From NCBI GenBank assembly GCA_031367385.1, contig JANLPS010000388.1, positions 1-44,143 on the forward strand: 44,143 bases of DNA, read 5' to 3'. Positions 1 through 6,921 of this stretch are shown here, piece after piece (positions within the stretch are counted from its first letter, which is position 1; every line of letters begins with the position of its first letter). The translations under genes were made by a program, and so were the position numbers. Origin of the DNA: Archangium sp. Its GTDB lineage: Bacteria > Myxococcota > Myxococcia > Myxococcales > Myxococcaceae. Below the pieces are notes generated by a model, which saw only the letters and a program-made list of their open reading frames with translations, did no database searches and was not told the origin of the DNA.

Positions 1-1
1 C

Positions 2-493
2 GTCATCTGCCCGATGATCAGCTCACGTGAAGAGGCCCAGCGGCTGGTCGCGTATACGAGGTACCCACCGCAGGGCATTCGCAGCAACGGGCCGGCTCGC
101 GCGCTGTTGTACGGAGGCGCTGACTATGTGGCGCAGGCGAATTCGACCGTGGTCGCCTTCGCGATGATCGAGACGGCCGCCGCGGTTGATGCCATCGACG
201 ACATCTTGTCGGTTGAAGGCCTCGAGGCCATTTACGTCGGCCCTTCAGACCTCTCGCTGGCCCTCGGGTGCAAGCCGGCGTTCGACGTGCTCGAGCCTGC
301 CGCGGCGCAGGCAGTCGAGCATATTTTGGCTCGCGCCAAGGCGCACAAGATCGTCGCCGGCATTCACAACGGCAGCCCCGAGGCCGCGCGAGAACGCATC
401 AACAAGGGGTTTCAGTTCGTCACCGCCGCGTCTGACACCCGGCTGATCGCCAGCGGAGCCCAGCACGCAGTCGCGAAGGCACGCTCGAAATAA
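2..493 (+). CDS. HpcH/HpaI aldolase family protein, 5'-truncated by window
   Basis: Frame open from base 2 (VICPMI...). Motifs RYPPQGIRS, AMIET, YVGPSDLS are typical of HpcH/HpaI class II aldolases. Confidence 0.85.
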   Translation, partial: VICPMISSREEAQRLVAYTRYPPQGIRSNGPARALLYGGADYVAQANSTVVAFAMIETAAAVDAIDDILSVEGLEAIYVGPSDLSLALGCKPAFDVLEPAAAQAVEHILARAKAHKIVAGIHNGSPEAARERINKGFQFVTAASDTRLIASGAQHAVAKARSK

Positions 494-510
494 GAAGAGG
501 TTCGCAGGCG

Positions 511-978
511 CTAGATGCCCCGTACCGAGGTCACCACCAGCCCAGAAACGGCTGCGAACGCCACCAGCCCCCAACAGGCAAAAGCACACACCGCGAAGAA
601 CGGTACCACCGGCGCCCCTGGCTCGACCCGGTGTCGTGTCGAGGCCAACACTGCCGTCAGGGGCAGCCCAAGGAGCGCGAAGTTCTCCTTGATGTCGAAG
701 AGGTTCGAGGCCCAGGGCGCATCGCGATCGAGCCCCACTCCGCGCACCATCACTCTGAAGTGCGGGTACATCAGAAGCCCGACGACAAAGGTCACCGCGA
801 ACAACACGGTGACGACCAGCGACTGCACGCGAATCATTCGCAGCGACGAACGGCGGCCGCGCAGCACCGAGAGCATCGCCAGCGCCAAGTGCGTGGTCGA
901 GCCAAGCAGGGCCAAGCCCGAAAGCGCATGCAGCACGAGCAGCCACCGCGCGACTTCACTCAAAAAGACCGGCGTCAT
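511..978 (-). CDS. Hypothetical integral membrane protein (~4 TM)
   Basis: 155 aa with four hydrophobic segments; start lies 10 bp after the regulator stop, so probably co-transcribed. Confidence 0.75.
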   Translation of the reverse strand: MTPVFLSEVARWLLVLHALSGLALLGSTTHLALAMLSVLRGRRSSLRMIRVQSLVVTVLFAVTFVVGLLMYPHFRVMVRGVGLDRDAPWASNLFDIKENFALLGLPLTAVLASTRHRVEPGAPVVPFFAVCAFACWGLVAFAAVSGLVVTSVRGI

Positions 979-987
979 GTGCGATGG

Positions 988-2550
988 CTACTCCGTTGGA
1001 GGGCCATAGACCAACTCGTGTTTCTTGAGCTTGAGCAACAGGTTCGACCGGCTGATGCCCAGCTCGCGCGCGAGGAGGCTCTTGTTGCCCTCGGTTCGCT
1101 TCAGACCCTCATCCAACATGGTCTTCTCAAGCAGGTCGATCGCGTCGTTCATTCGAGCCGGGAGGGGCTGCGGCAGCAGGTGGCCAGCGAAAGCGTGTGG
1201 TGTGCCCGCACGCTCGGCGGGGCCGGAGATGCGACTCGAGAGCAGCTGCTCGCCGATGACCTCCTCGTGGCCTCCCAGCACCAACAGCCGTTCAACTTCG
1301 TTCTCGAGCTCGCGAATGTTGCCTGGCCAACGGTAGGCCGCGAGCAGCTGGAGCGCTCTGGCCGAGAGCCGATGAGCCACGTCATTCGGGCGCCGCAGCC
1401 GCGCCATGAAGTGGGCAATCAGCAACGGCACATCATCGGGTCGCTCCCGCAGCGCCGGCACGTGAATCTGAACCACGTTGACCCGATAGAAGAGGTCTTC
1501 TCGAAACGTCTTCTGCGCCACCATCTGAGCAAGATCTCGGTGCGTCGCCGCGATCACCCGAACGTCGACCTGCGTGACCTCTGAGCCACCCACCGGGGTG
1601 AAGCTGCCTTCTTGCAGCACCCGCAGGAGCTTGGTCTGCAGCGCGAGCGACATCTCGGCGATCTCATCGAGAAAGAGCGTGCCGGTGTCAGCAGCCTCAA
1701 ACAACCCGCGCTGCCGAACGACGGCGTCGGTGAAGGCGCCTCTCTCGTGCCCGAACAACGCGCTCTCGAGCAGGTTGTCATTGAGCGCCGAGCAGTTCTG
1801 CACCACGAAGGGCTTGTCGCGCCGGCTGCCGCTGAAGTGTATCGACCGGGCCACAAGCTCCTTGCCCGTACCTGATTCACCGCTGATCAACACCGACGCG
1901 TCAGAGTGCGCGAGCTTCTCGACCCGCTCGAGCACCTGCCGCAGCGCCTCCGAAGTGCCGATCATGCGAGGTGCGTCGAGCGGCCCACCGCGGGGCGCCT
2001 TGGCGTGGAGCGACCTCGACACCCGGCGCTTGGCCTCTTCAGCGCTGGCGATCTGCAGCGCTCCAAGTTCGAGCAGGTCTTTCAGGCGGTCGAGCGCCGC
2101 GGAGTCGAGCATCGGCAGTCTATCGACCGCTCGCTCGAGGTCGGTGGCCCCTGGGCTCATCAACGTGGCGATCTTCGCGGGGAGATCATCTCGCCGAGGC
2201 GCCTTCGGCCGCGAGAACCCTTGTACGAAGAGCGTGCCCCGGTGTTCGCCGTCGACGATGATCGGCGCACCGATCATCACAAAGCCCAAGTGACACTCGT
2301 GTACCTTCGTGCCAGCGCCTCGCGTCAGGTCGTGAAGCTCCTTCACCGAAGCGGCGCAGCGAGAAAACCCCTCGCCTGAAAACAACGAGAGCCGGCAGAA
2401 ATCGTTCGGTGGTGGCGTGATCTGCTTTTGCGCCCAGTCCGACACTGCCCCGTCTGGAGTGGTGATTGAAAGCTCGGCGCGCCACCACTTTCGAATCAGG
2501 TCGCGCAACGTGAAGATCGCGTGAATACGTTCAGGTTGCTCGAAACCCAT
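988..2550 (-). CDS. Sigma54-dependent enhancer-binding protein with N-terminal PocR-like sensor and C-terminal Fis HTH
   Basis: Walker A GESGTGKE, GAFTDA loop, Walker B LFLDEI, FREDLFYR, WPGNIREL, C-terminal HTH (NKSLLARELGISRSNL). N-terminus has the PocR-type Cys pattern FC..C..CHLG..API. Confidence 0.9.
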   Translation of the reverse strand: MGFEQPERIHAIFTLRDLIRKWWRAELSITTPDGAVSDWAQKQITPPPNDFCRLSLFSGEGFSRCAASVKELHDLTRGAGTKVHECHLGFVMIGAPIIVDGEHRGTLFVQGFSRPKAPRRDDLPAKIATLMSPGATDLERAVDRLPMLDSAALDRLKDLLELGALQIASAEEAKRRVSRSLHAKAPRGGPLDAPRMIGTSEALRQVLERVEKLAHSDASVLISGESGTGKELVARSIHFSGSRRDKPFVVQNCSALNDNLLESALFGHERGAFTDAVVRQRGLFEAADTGTLFLDEIAEMSLALQTKLLRVLQEGSFTPVGGSEVTQVDVRVIAATHRDLAQMVAQKTFREDLFYRVNVVQIHVPALRERPDDVPLLIAHFMARLRRPNDVAHRLSARALQLLAAYRWPGNIRELENEVERLLVLGGHEEVIGEQLLSSRISGPAERAGTPHAFAGHLLPQPLPARMNDAIDLLEKTMLDEGLKRTEGNKSLLARELGISRSNLLLKLKKHELVYGPPTE

Positions 2551-2612
2551 TTTGGCCAGCGCATTTCAGTGCACCTCACGCGCCAAACCGTCGTCGCTCG
2601 AGCGAGCCGCGA

Positions 2613-2635
2613 CTCTGTAATTTGTCTCTACAGAG
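2613..2635. promoter_or_regulatory. Palindromic enhancer (UAS) candidate CTCTGTA-N9-TACAGAG
   Basis: Perfect 7-bp inverted repeat. Its core TGTAATTTGTCTCTACAG (2616-2633) recurs at 5500-5517 with 15/18 identity. Confidence 0.65.
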
Positions 2636-2761
2636 AAACCGCTTGGTTTCGGTCAATCGGTGTTTCAACACCCCACTTGAAGCCTGCCGATGCGTGAGGC
2701 GATTCGGCCCAGCTCGTTTCGATTGGCGCGGTTGCGCCGAGCCCACCGACCCTTATGGCGA

Positions 2762-2777
2762 TGGCATGACACGCGCA
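2762..2777 (+). promoter_or_regulatory. Sigma54 -24/-12 promoter candidate TGGCATGACACGCGCA
   Basis: GG and GC at canonical spacing, 146 bp downstream of the UAS core, next to a divergent sigma54 activator. Confidence 0.65.
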
Positions 2778-2791
2778 CGCTGAAACGCCCT

Positions 2792-2878
2792 ATGAAGCGC
2801 CGCATCGTGAAGATGGTTTTTGGTTTCACCCCTGCTTCATCTGAGCGAGATGCCCAGTGCTCGAGACGCTGGCGATGA
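2792..2878 (+). CDS. Small 28-aa peptide MKRRIVKMVFGFTPASSERDAQCSRRWR, candidate radical SAM substrate/precursor
   Basis: ATG just downstream of the sigma54 promoter; its TGA overlaps the next ATG (ATGA at 2875-2878); shares RIxxxxFGxxPxSS with the 4019 peptide. Confidence 0.5.
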   Translation: MKRRIVKMVFGFTPASSERDAQCSRRWR

Positions 2879-3237
2879 CTCGCTCGCTGTCGGTGGCGCT
2901 CGGTGCGTTGGGGTTCGTCGCGGGCGAGTTCGCGGTCACGGCGACCACCGCGCCGACTCTGTGGTACCAGCCCCTCGAGCGACGATTCTGCTTCGACCGC
3001 TACGCCGCCGCCCCCGCGATGGACTTTTACGGGCGGTTGGCCGCGGCGAGCCTCGCCGGGCTCGTCTTCTTTGGCGTGGGTCTGGTGCTCTTTCGTCACC
3101 TGAGCGACGGCGCCGCACGGCTGTGGTCTCGAAGGCTCTCGGTGTGGCTCGGCTCAGGCCTCCTCGCGACCGCGGCGCTGCATGCGGCGTTGCTGATTCA
3201 CCGAGTGCCGGTGCCGCTCGAGTTGACGGCGCCATGA
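2875..3237 (+). CDS. Hypothetical membrane protein (~3 TM; LWYxPLERR and MDFYGR loop)
   Basis: Hydrophobic 120-aa ORF with ATGA overlaps at both ends; alternative GTG start at 2857. Confidence 0.7.
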   Translation: MTRSLSVALGALGFVAGEFAVTATTAPTLWYQPLERRFCFDRYAAAPAMDFYGRLAAASLAGLVFFGVGLVLFRHLSDGAARLWSRRLSVWLGSGLLATAALHAALLIHRVPVPLELTAP

Positions 3238-4019
3238 CCGCCGTGCTGCTGCTTGCGCTTGCCTCGCAGGACTCCGGGCTCGAAGAGCTCGCCTCGAACG
3301 TCGGCGCCGTCTCTCACCCGCAGACCATCAGCGCCCTCGAAGCCTTCGTGGCCTCGCACCCCGGTGACCCGAACGTCGATCGCGCGCTGCTGCTCGAGGC
3401 GCAGCTGTACCGTGCCGATGGCGACGACGCGCACGCGCTTCAGGTGCTCAACCGAATTCTCGCGGCACCGGGGTTCTCCGCGTGGCGGCGCGATGCAGCG
3501 CTGGAGCGCGCAAGCCTCGACGTGGCCGCCTGGCGATTCGGCGCGGCGCTCTCGGCGTATGGTTGGCTCGCCCACGACCCCGATGAGCGGCGGCGATACC
3601 AGGCGCGCATGGGCGCGGCCGAGGCCCTCGCCATGCGAGCTCGCCTGTACCTGGGGTGCGCCATCTCATTCGCGTTGGTGGCCGTGGTGCTGTGGCGCCT
3701 GGCCAGGGCCCGTCGCGCGCTGTTGCCCCCGACTGAGGAGGTCACCTATGCGCTCCCGCTGGTCGTGCTGCTTGGCATCGCAGCGCTCTCTCAACCCGCC
3801 GCGGAGGCCCGCGCGGTGCTCACCCTCGCGGGTGGCGGCCTGGTGCTTCTCTGGGCCAACTCGTCTTTCTGGCGGCTTCGTCGGCCCCGCGGCCTGTTGC
3901 GCGTCGTCGAACCGGCCTTCGCAGCCGGTCAAGCGTTCGGTCTTTTGTACTGCGCAATCGTCTCGAACAACTTGTGGCATCGGTTGGTCGAGACCTTCGT
4001 CAATGGAGCTGAAGGCTGA
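3234..4019 (+). CDS. TPR-like helical domain plus ~4 C-terminal TM segments
   Basis: ATG at 3234 overlaps the upstream TGA. Short hydrophobic N-terminus, TPR-like helices (FVASHPGDPNVDRALLLEAQLY), then hydrophobic helices. Confidence 0.75.
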   Translation: MTAVLLLALASQDSGLEELASNVGAVSHPQTISALEAFVASHPGDPNVDRALLLEAQLYRADGDDAHALQVLNRILAAPGFSAWRRDAALERASLDVAAWRFGAALSAYGWLAHDPDERRRYQARMGAAEALAMRARLYLGCAISFALVAVVLWRLARARRALLPPTEEVTYALPLVVLLGIAALSQPAAEARAVLTLAGGGLVLLWANSSFWRLRRPRGLLRVVEPAFAAGQAFGLLYCAIVSNNLWHRLVETFVNGAEG

Positions 4020-4219
4020 TGGCGCGACGCGAACGGCCTCGAATTCTGTCGGTGCGCTTCGGGGTCAACCCCAACTCGAGCTCGCTGGGAGTCGACGTCA
4101 CCTTTCTGCTCTTCGGCGGAGTCACCGCGCTCGCGGCCAGCCTGGTGTTGTCGGCCATTCTGCGGTCGGTTCGGCGCGCGCCGTCAGTGGTCGGGCCTGA
4201 GGCCAAGGCTCCCGAATGA
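4019..4219 (+). CDS. 66-aa membrane-anchored peptide with RILSVRFGVNPNSSS motif, candidate radical SAM substrate
   Basis: Coupled on both sides (TGATG at 4017-4021, ATGA at 4216-4219); basic N-terminus, NPNSSS, one TM helix. Confidence 0.75.
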   Translation: MARRERPRILSVRFGVNPNSSSLGVDVTFLLFGGVTALAASLVLSAILRSVRRAPSVVGPEAKAPE

Positions 4220-5391
4220 GAATTCGCCCTGAAGCCTTCGGCGCGATCGTCGAGCTCGAGACCCCGCGCGCGCTGGTCTCCGTGAACCGCCCGATGGCGA
4301 CCCTGCTGGGCATGCGCGAGAGCCCACTGTGGCAGACGGCCCGTGAACACCTCAGCGCGCCGACCGAAGTTCACCTGGTGGTCTCCAAGCGCTGCAGCGC
4401 AGGGTGTAAGAGCTGCTACGTCGACGCGACGCCCAAGGGAGCGGCGTTGTCGTTCGCGCAGGCCAGGCAAGCGCTCGATCGACTCGCGGCCCACGGCGTT
4501 TTTCACGTCGCTCTTGGTGGCGGTGAGGCGCTCGACCTCGACTACCTCTTCGAGCTGGCCGCGTACGCTCGCAGCATCGGCATCTTGCCGAACCTGACGA
4601 CCGCGGGGTTGAGTCTCACCAGGGCCCAGGCCCAGAAGTGCACCGTGTTCGGGCAGATCAACGTCAGTGTCGACGGCGTGGGCGCGGCCTACCGTGCCGC
4701 CCGCGGCTTCGATGGCTTCGCCCGGGCCGAGCGCGCCCTCCGCTGGCTGCGTGAGACGAAGAAAGAGGTCGGTATCAACTGCGTCGTCTCGCGCAAATCA
4801 TTTCCCCACCTCGAGGCGGTCGCCGCGCTGGCGAAGCGGCTCAAGCTCAACGAGCTCGAGCTGCTCAGGTTCAAGCCCGCCGGCCGTGGCCAGGCGATGT
4901 TCGCTGAAGAAGACCTGACCCTCGATCAAGCGAAGCAAGTCTTCCCGCTCGCGCGACGGCTCCTGTTTCGACATCGCGTGCGGGTGAAGCTCGATTGCTC
5001 GTTTGCGCCGATGGTCTTTTGGCATCGGCCCGCACCGTGGGTCGCCCGGTTCTTCGGAGTGGTCGGCTGCGAGGGCGGCAACCTGCTCGCGTCAGTCATG
5101 CCCGATGGCACGCTGACCGGGTGCTCGTTTGGCGGCCCCGCCGAAGCCAGCATCTTCGACGCCTCGGCGACATCGAAGGCCTTCGACGAGGGCTTCACCG
5201 CGTTTCGAGACTACCCCTCACGCGCGCAGGAGCCCTGCCGCAGCTGCGAGTACCTCTCACTCTGCAAAGGAGGGTGCCGGGTGGTCGCCCAGGCCGGAGG
5301 TGATTGGTGGGCGCCCGACCCTGGCTGCCCTCGGGTGGCCGCGCATCGGTCGTCGAGCTCCGCGGGCAGCACGCCGGCTGCCGGCCGGTGA
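4216..5391 (+). CDS. Radical SAM/SPASM domain protein (PqqE/MftC-like)
   Basis: CxxxCxxC (CSAGCKSC), GGGE, VSVDG, and a full 7-Cys SPASM motif Cx12Gx4C...Cx2Cx5Cx3C-x16-C. Confidence 0.92.
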   Translation: MRIRPEAFGAIVELETPRALVSVNRPMATLLGMRESPLWQTAREHLSAPTEVHLVVSKRCSAGCKSCYVDATPKGAALSFAQARQALDRLAAHGVFHVALGGGEALDLDYLFELAAYARSIGILPNLTTAGLSLTRAQAQKCTVFGQINVSVDGVGAAYRAARGFDGFARAERALRWLRETKKEVGINCVVSRKSFPHLEAVAALAKRLKLNELELLRFKPAGRGQAMFAEEDLTLDQAKQVFPLARRLLFRHRVRVKLDCSFAPMVFWHRPAPWVARFFGVVGCEGGNLLASVMPDGTLTGCSFGGPAEASIFDASATSKAFDEGFTAFRDYPSRAQEPCRSCEYLSLCKGGCRVVAQAGGDWWAPDPGCPRVAAHRSSSSAGSTPAAGR

Positions 5392-5499
5392 GCGCCCTCA
5401 GTACAGGGCCGCACATGGCAACACAGGCTGCGCGCGCGTGACGGTTCATCTCTGCTTCAGGTGGCCAAGGGTGATGCGTCTTTCGCCCCAGTCGGGGTT

Positions 5500-5517
5500 T
5501 GTAATTCGTCGGTACAG
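5500..5517. promoter_or_regulatory. Second enhancer (UAS) candidate TGTAATTCGTCGGTACAG
   Basis: TGTA-N9-TACA, 15/18 identical to 2616-2633, 145 bp upstream of the promoter at 5645. Confidence 0.65.
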
Positions 5518-5644
5518 TCGCGTTGGTGCATTTCGGGGCATAGGCATTTCAGCGCCGCGATGGAGATCAGTCGGTGCCGGTTGAATCGGCGCGCTTTGGG
5601 CTGAAAAGGCGGTGTGCCCACATCGTTTTCACCTGATCACTGCG

Positions 5645-5660
5645 TGGCACGTCGCGCGCA
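5645..5660 (+). promoter_or_regulatory. Sigma54 -24/-12 promoter candidate TGGCACGTCGCGCGCA
   Basis: Consensus TGGCACG -24 box with GC at -12; same CGCGCA -12 variant as at 2772-2777. Confidence 0.7.
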
Positions 5661-5673
5661 CAGCAACCGGTGC

Positions 5674-6921
5674 ATGAAATTGCGCCGTCTCCCCCTGTGC
5701 GTCGCCCTCATGGTCGTTTCATGTGGCGTCACCGAAACAACCATCGATTCTTCAACCGACGATGGGGCTTCAGACCTCGCTGGGCTCTCGCAGTTCGTGA
5801 CGGTCTCGCCTGCGAACCCGTCGATCAAAACAAGCGAGTCGCTCGACCTGAGCGTCACGCTCGGCGGCAAAAGCAGCTCGAAGCTGGTGTGGGCGTTGAG
5901 CATCACGGGCCTGCCTACCGGCGTGACCGGCGTGTTTTCACCGACCTCGGCCAAGTCAGGTCAGACCGCCCGGTTGACCCTCACCGCCGCGGCGTCATCA
6001 GCGGTCGGCGTCAGCAAGTTCGTCGTGCACAGCACCAACGGCGCGAGCGAGCACATCGACACCGTGACGCTCTCGGTGCTCAAGGGCGGAGGCGGAGGCA
6101 GCGGCGGAGGCGTCGGGCCCACGGGCGGCACGGTCGACCTCCTTCACTTTGCCGTAACCGGTGACACCCGACCGCCCTCGTGTGGAGACACCGCGCACTA
6201 CCCGTCGCCAATCATCGACGCGATCGCCGACGCCGCTGCGGCACGCCACGCGCAGTTCGGTCTCGACCTCGGAGATCACATGTACGTCTGCAACAACGAT
6301 CTCTCGATGGCGCAGCAGCACATGAACCTCTACCTGCAGTCGGTTCACCGCTTTCCTGGCACGTGGTTCATGACGATGGGCAACCACGAGTGTTGGCACG
6401 GCCCCTGTCTGCTCGAGTCGACCAACGCGAACTACGTGGCGTACATGGCGGCGCTCCAACCGATTTCGCCGAAGCCCTACTACAGCTTCAACGTCGAGAC
6501 CTCGCTTGGGCGGGTGACCTTCGTTCAGATCGCCGACAACGCGTGGGATCAGCGACAGGCCGTTTGGCTCGAGCAGACCCTGGCCGACGCTGACCTGCAC
6601 GCGAAGTACACCATCGTGAGCCGGCATCACCCGAGTGGTGACTCGTCGGTCTCGACGAACCCCGAGAACCTCGCGATCGTTCACAAGCACAAGTTCGCGC
6701 TGTTTTTGACCGGGCACAGCCACTCGTACAAGCACGCGACCACCGACAACGGGCGCGACATGGTGCTCGGCATCGGGGGTGCTCCGCTGCTGGCGGCGGG
6801 CTCCGACTTCAACGGGTACGCGATGGTTGATCAGCAGGCCAATGGCCAGCTTCGCGTCACCGTCTTCAACATCAACGGTGATCTGCAGCGCGACCAATGG
6901 TCGGTGGGGCCGAACCAATGA
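5674..6921 (+). CDS. Lipoprotein: Ig-like domain plus calcineurin-like metallophosphoesterase
   Basis: Start MKLRRLPL with lipobox VVSC; motifs TGDTR, LGDH, GNHE, HHP, GHSH; Gly linker after a beta-rich domain. Confidence 0.85.
   Translation: MKLRRLPLCVALMVVSCGVTETTIDSSTDDGASDLAGLSQFVTVSPANPSIKTSESLDLSVTLGGKSSSKLVWALSITGLPTGVTGVFSPTSAKSGQTARLTLTAAASSAVGVSKFVVHSTNGASEHIDTVTLSVLKGGGGGSGGGVGPTGGTVDLLHFAVTGDTRPPSCGDTAHYPSPIIDAIADAAAARHAQFGLDLGDHMYVCNNDLSMAQQHMNLYLQSVHRFPGTWFMTMGNHECWHGPCLLESTNANYVAYMAALQPISPKPYYSFNVETSLGRVTFVQIADNAWDQRQAVWLEQTLADADLHAKYTIVSRHHPSGDSSVSTNPENLAIVHKHKFALFLTGHSHSYKHATTDNGRDMVLGIGGAPLLAAGSDFNGYAMVDQQANGQLRVTVFNINGDLQRDQWSVGPNQ

Noticed and set aside
2792..2878. G|FT in the 28-aa peptide as a prepilin cleavage site
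   Set aside because: No Glu at +5 and no hydrophobic helix follows.
2820..3233. N-terminal extension of the 399-aa ORF 2820..4019
   Set aside because: It overlaps the better 2875-3237 membrane ORF and is Arg-rich off-frame sequence; the ATG at 3234 is coupled to the upstream stop.
4216..5391. Calling the rSAM pqqE or mftC
   Set aside because: No PqqA (ExxxY) or MftA (IDGxCGVY) precursor and no other pathway genes are present.
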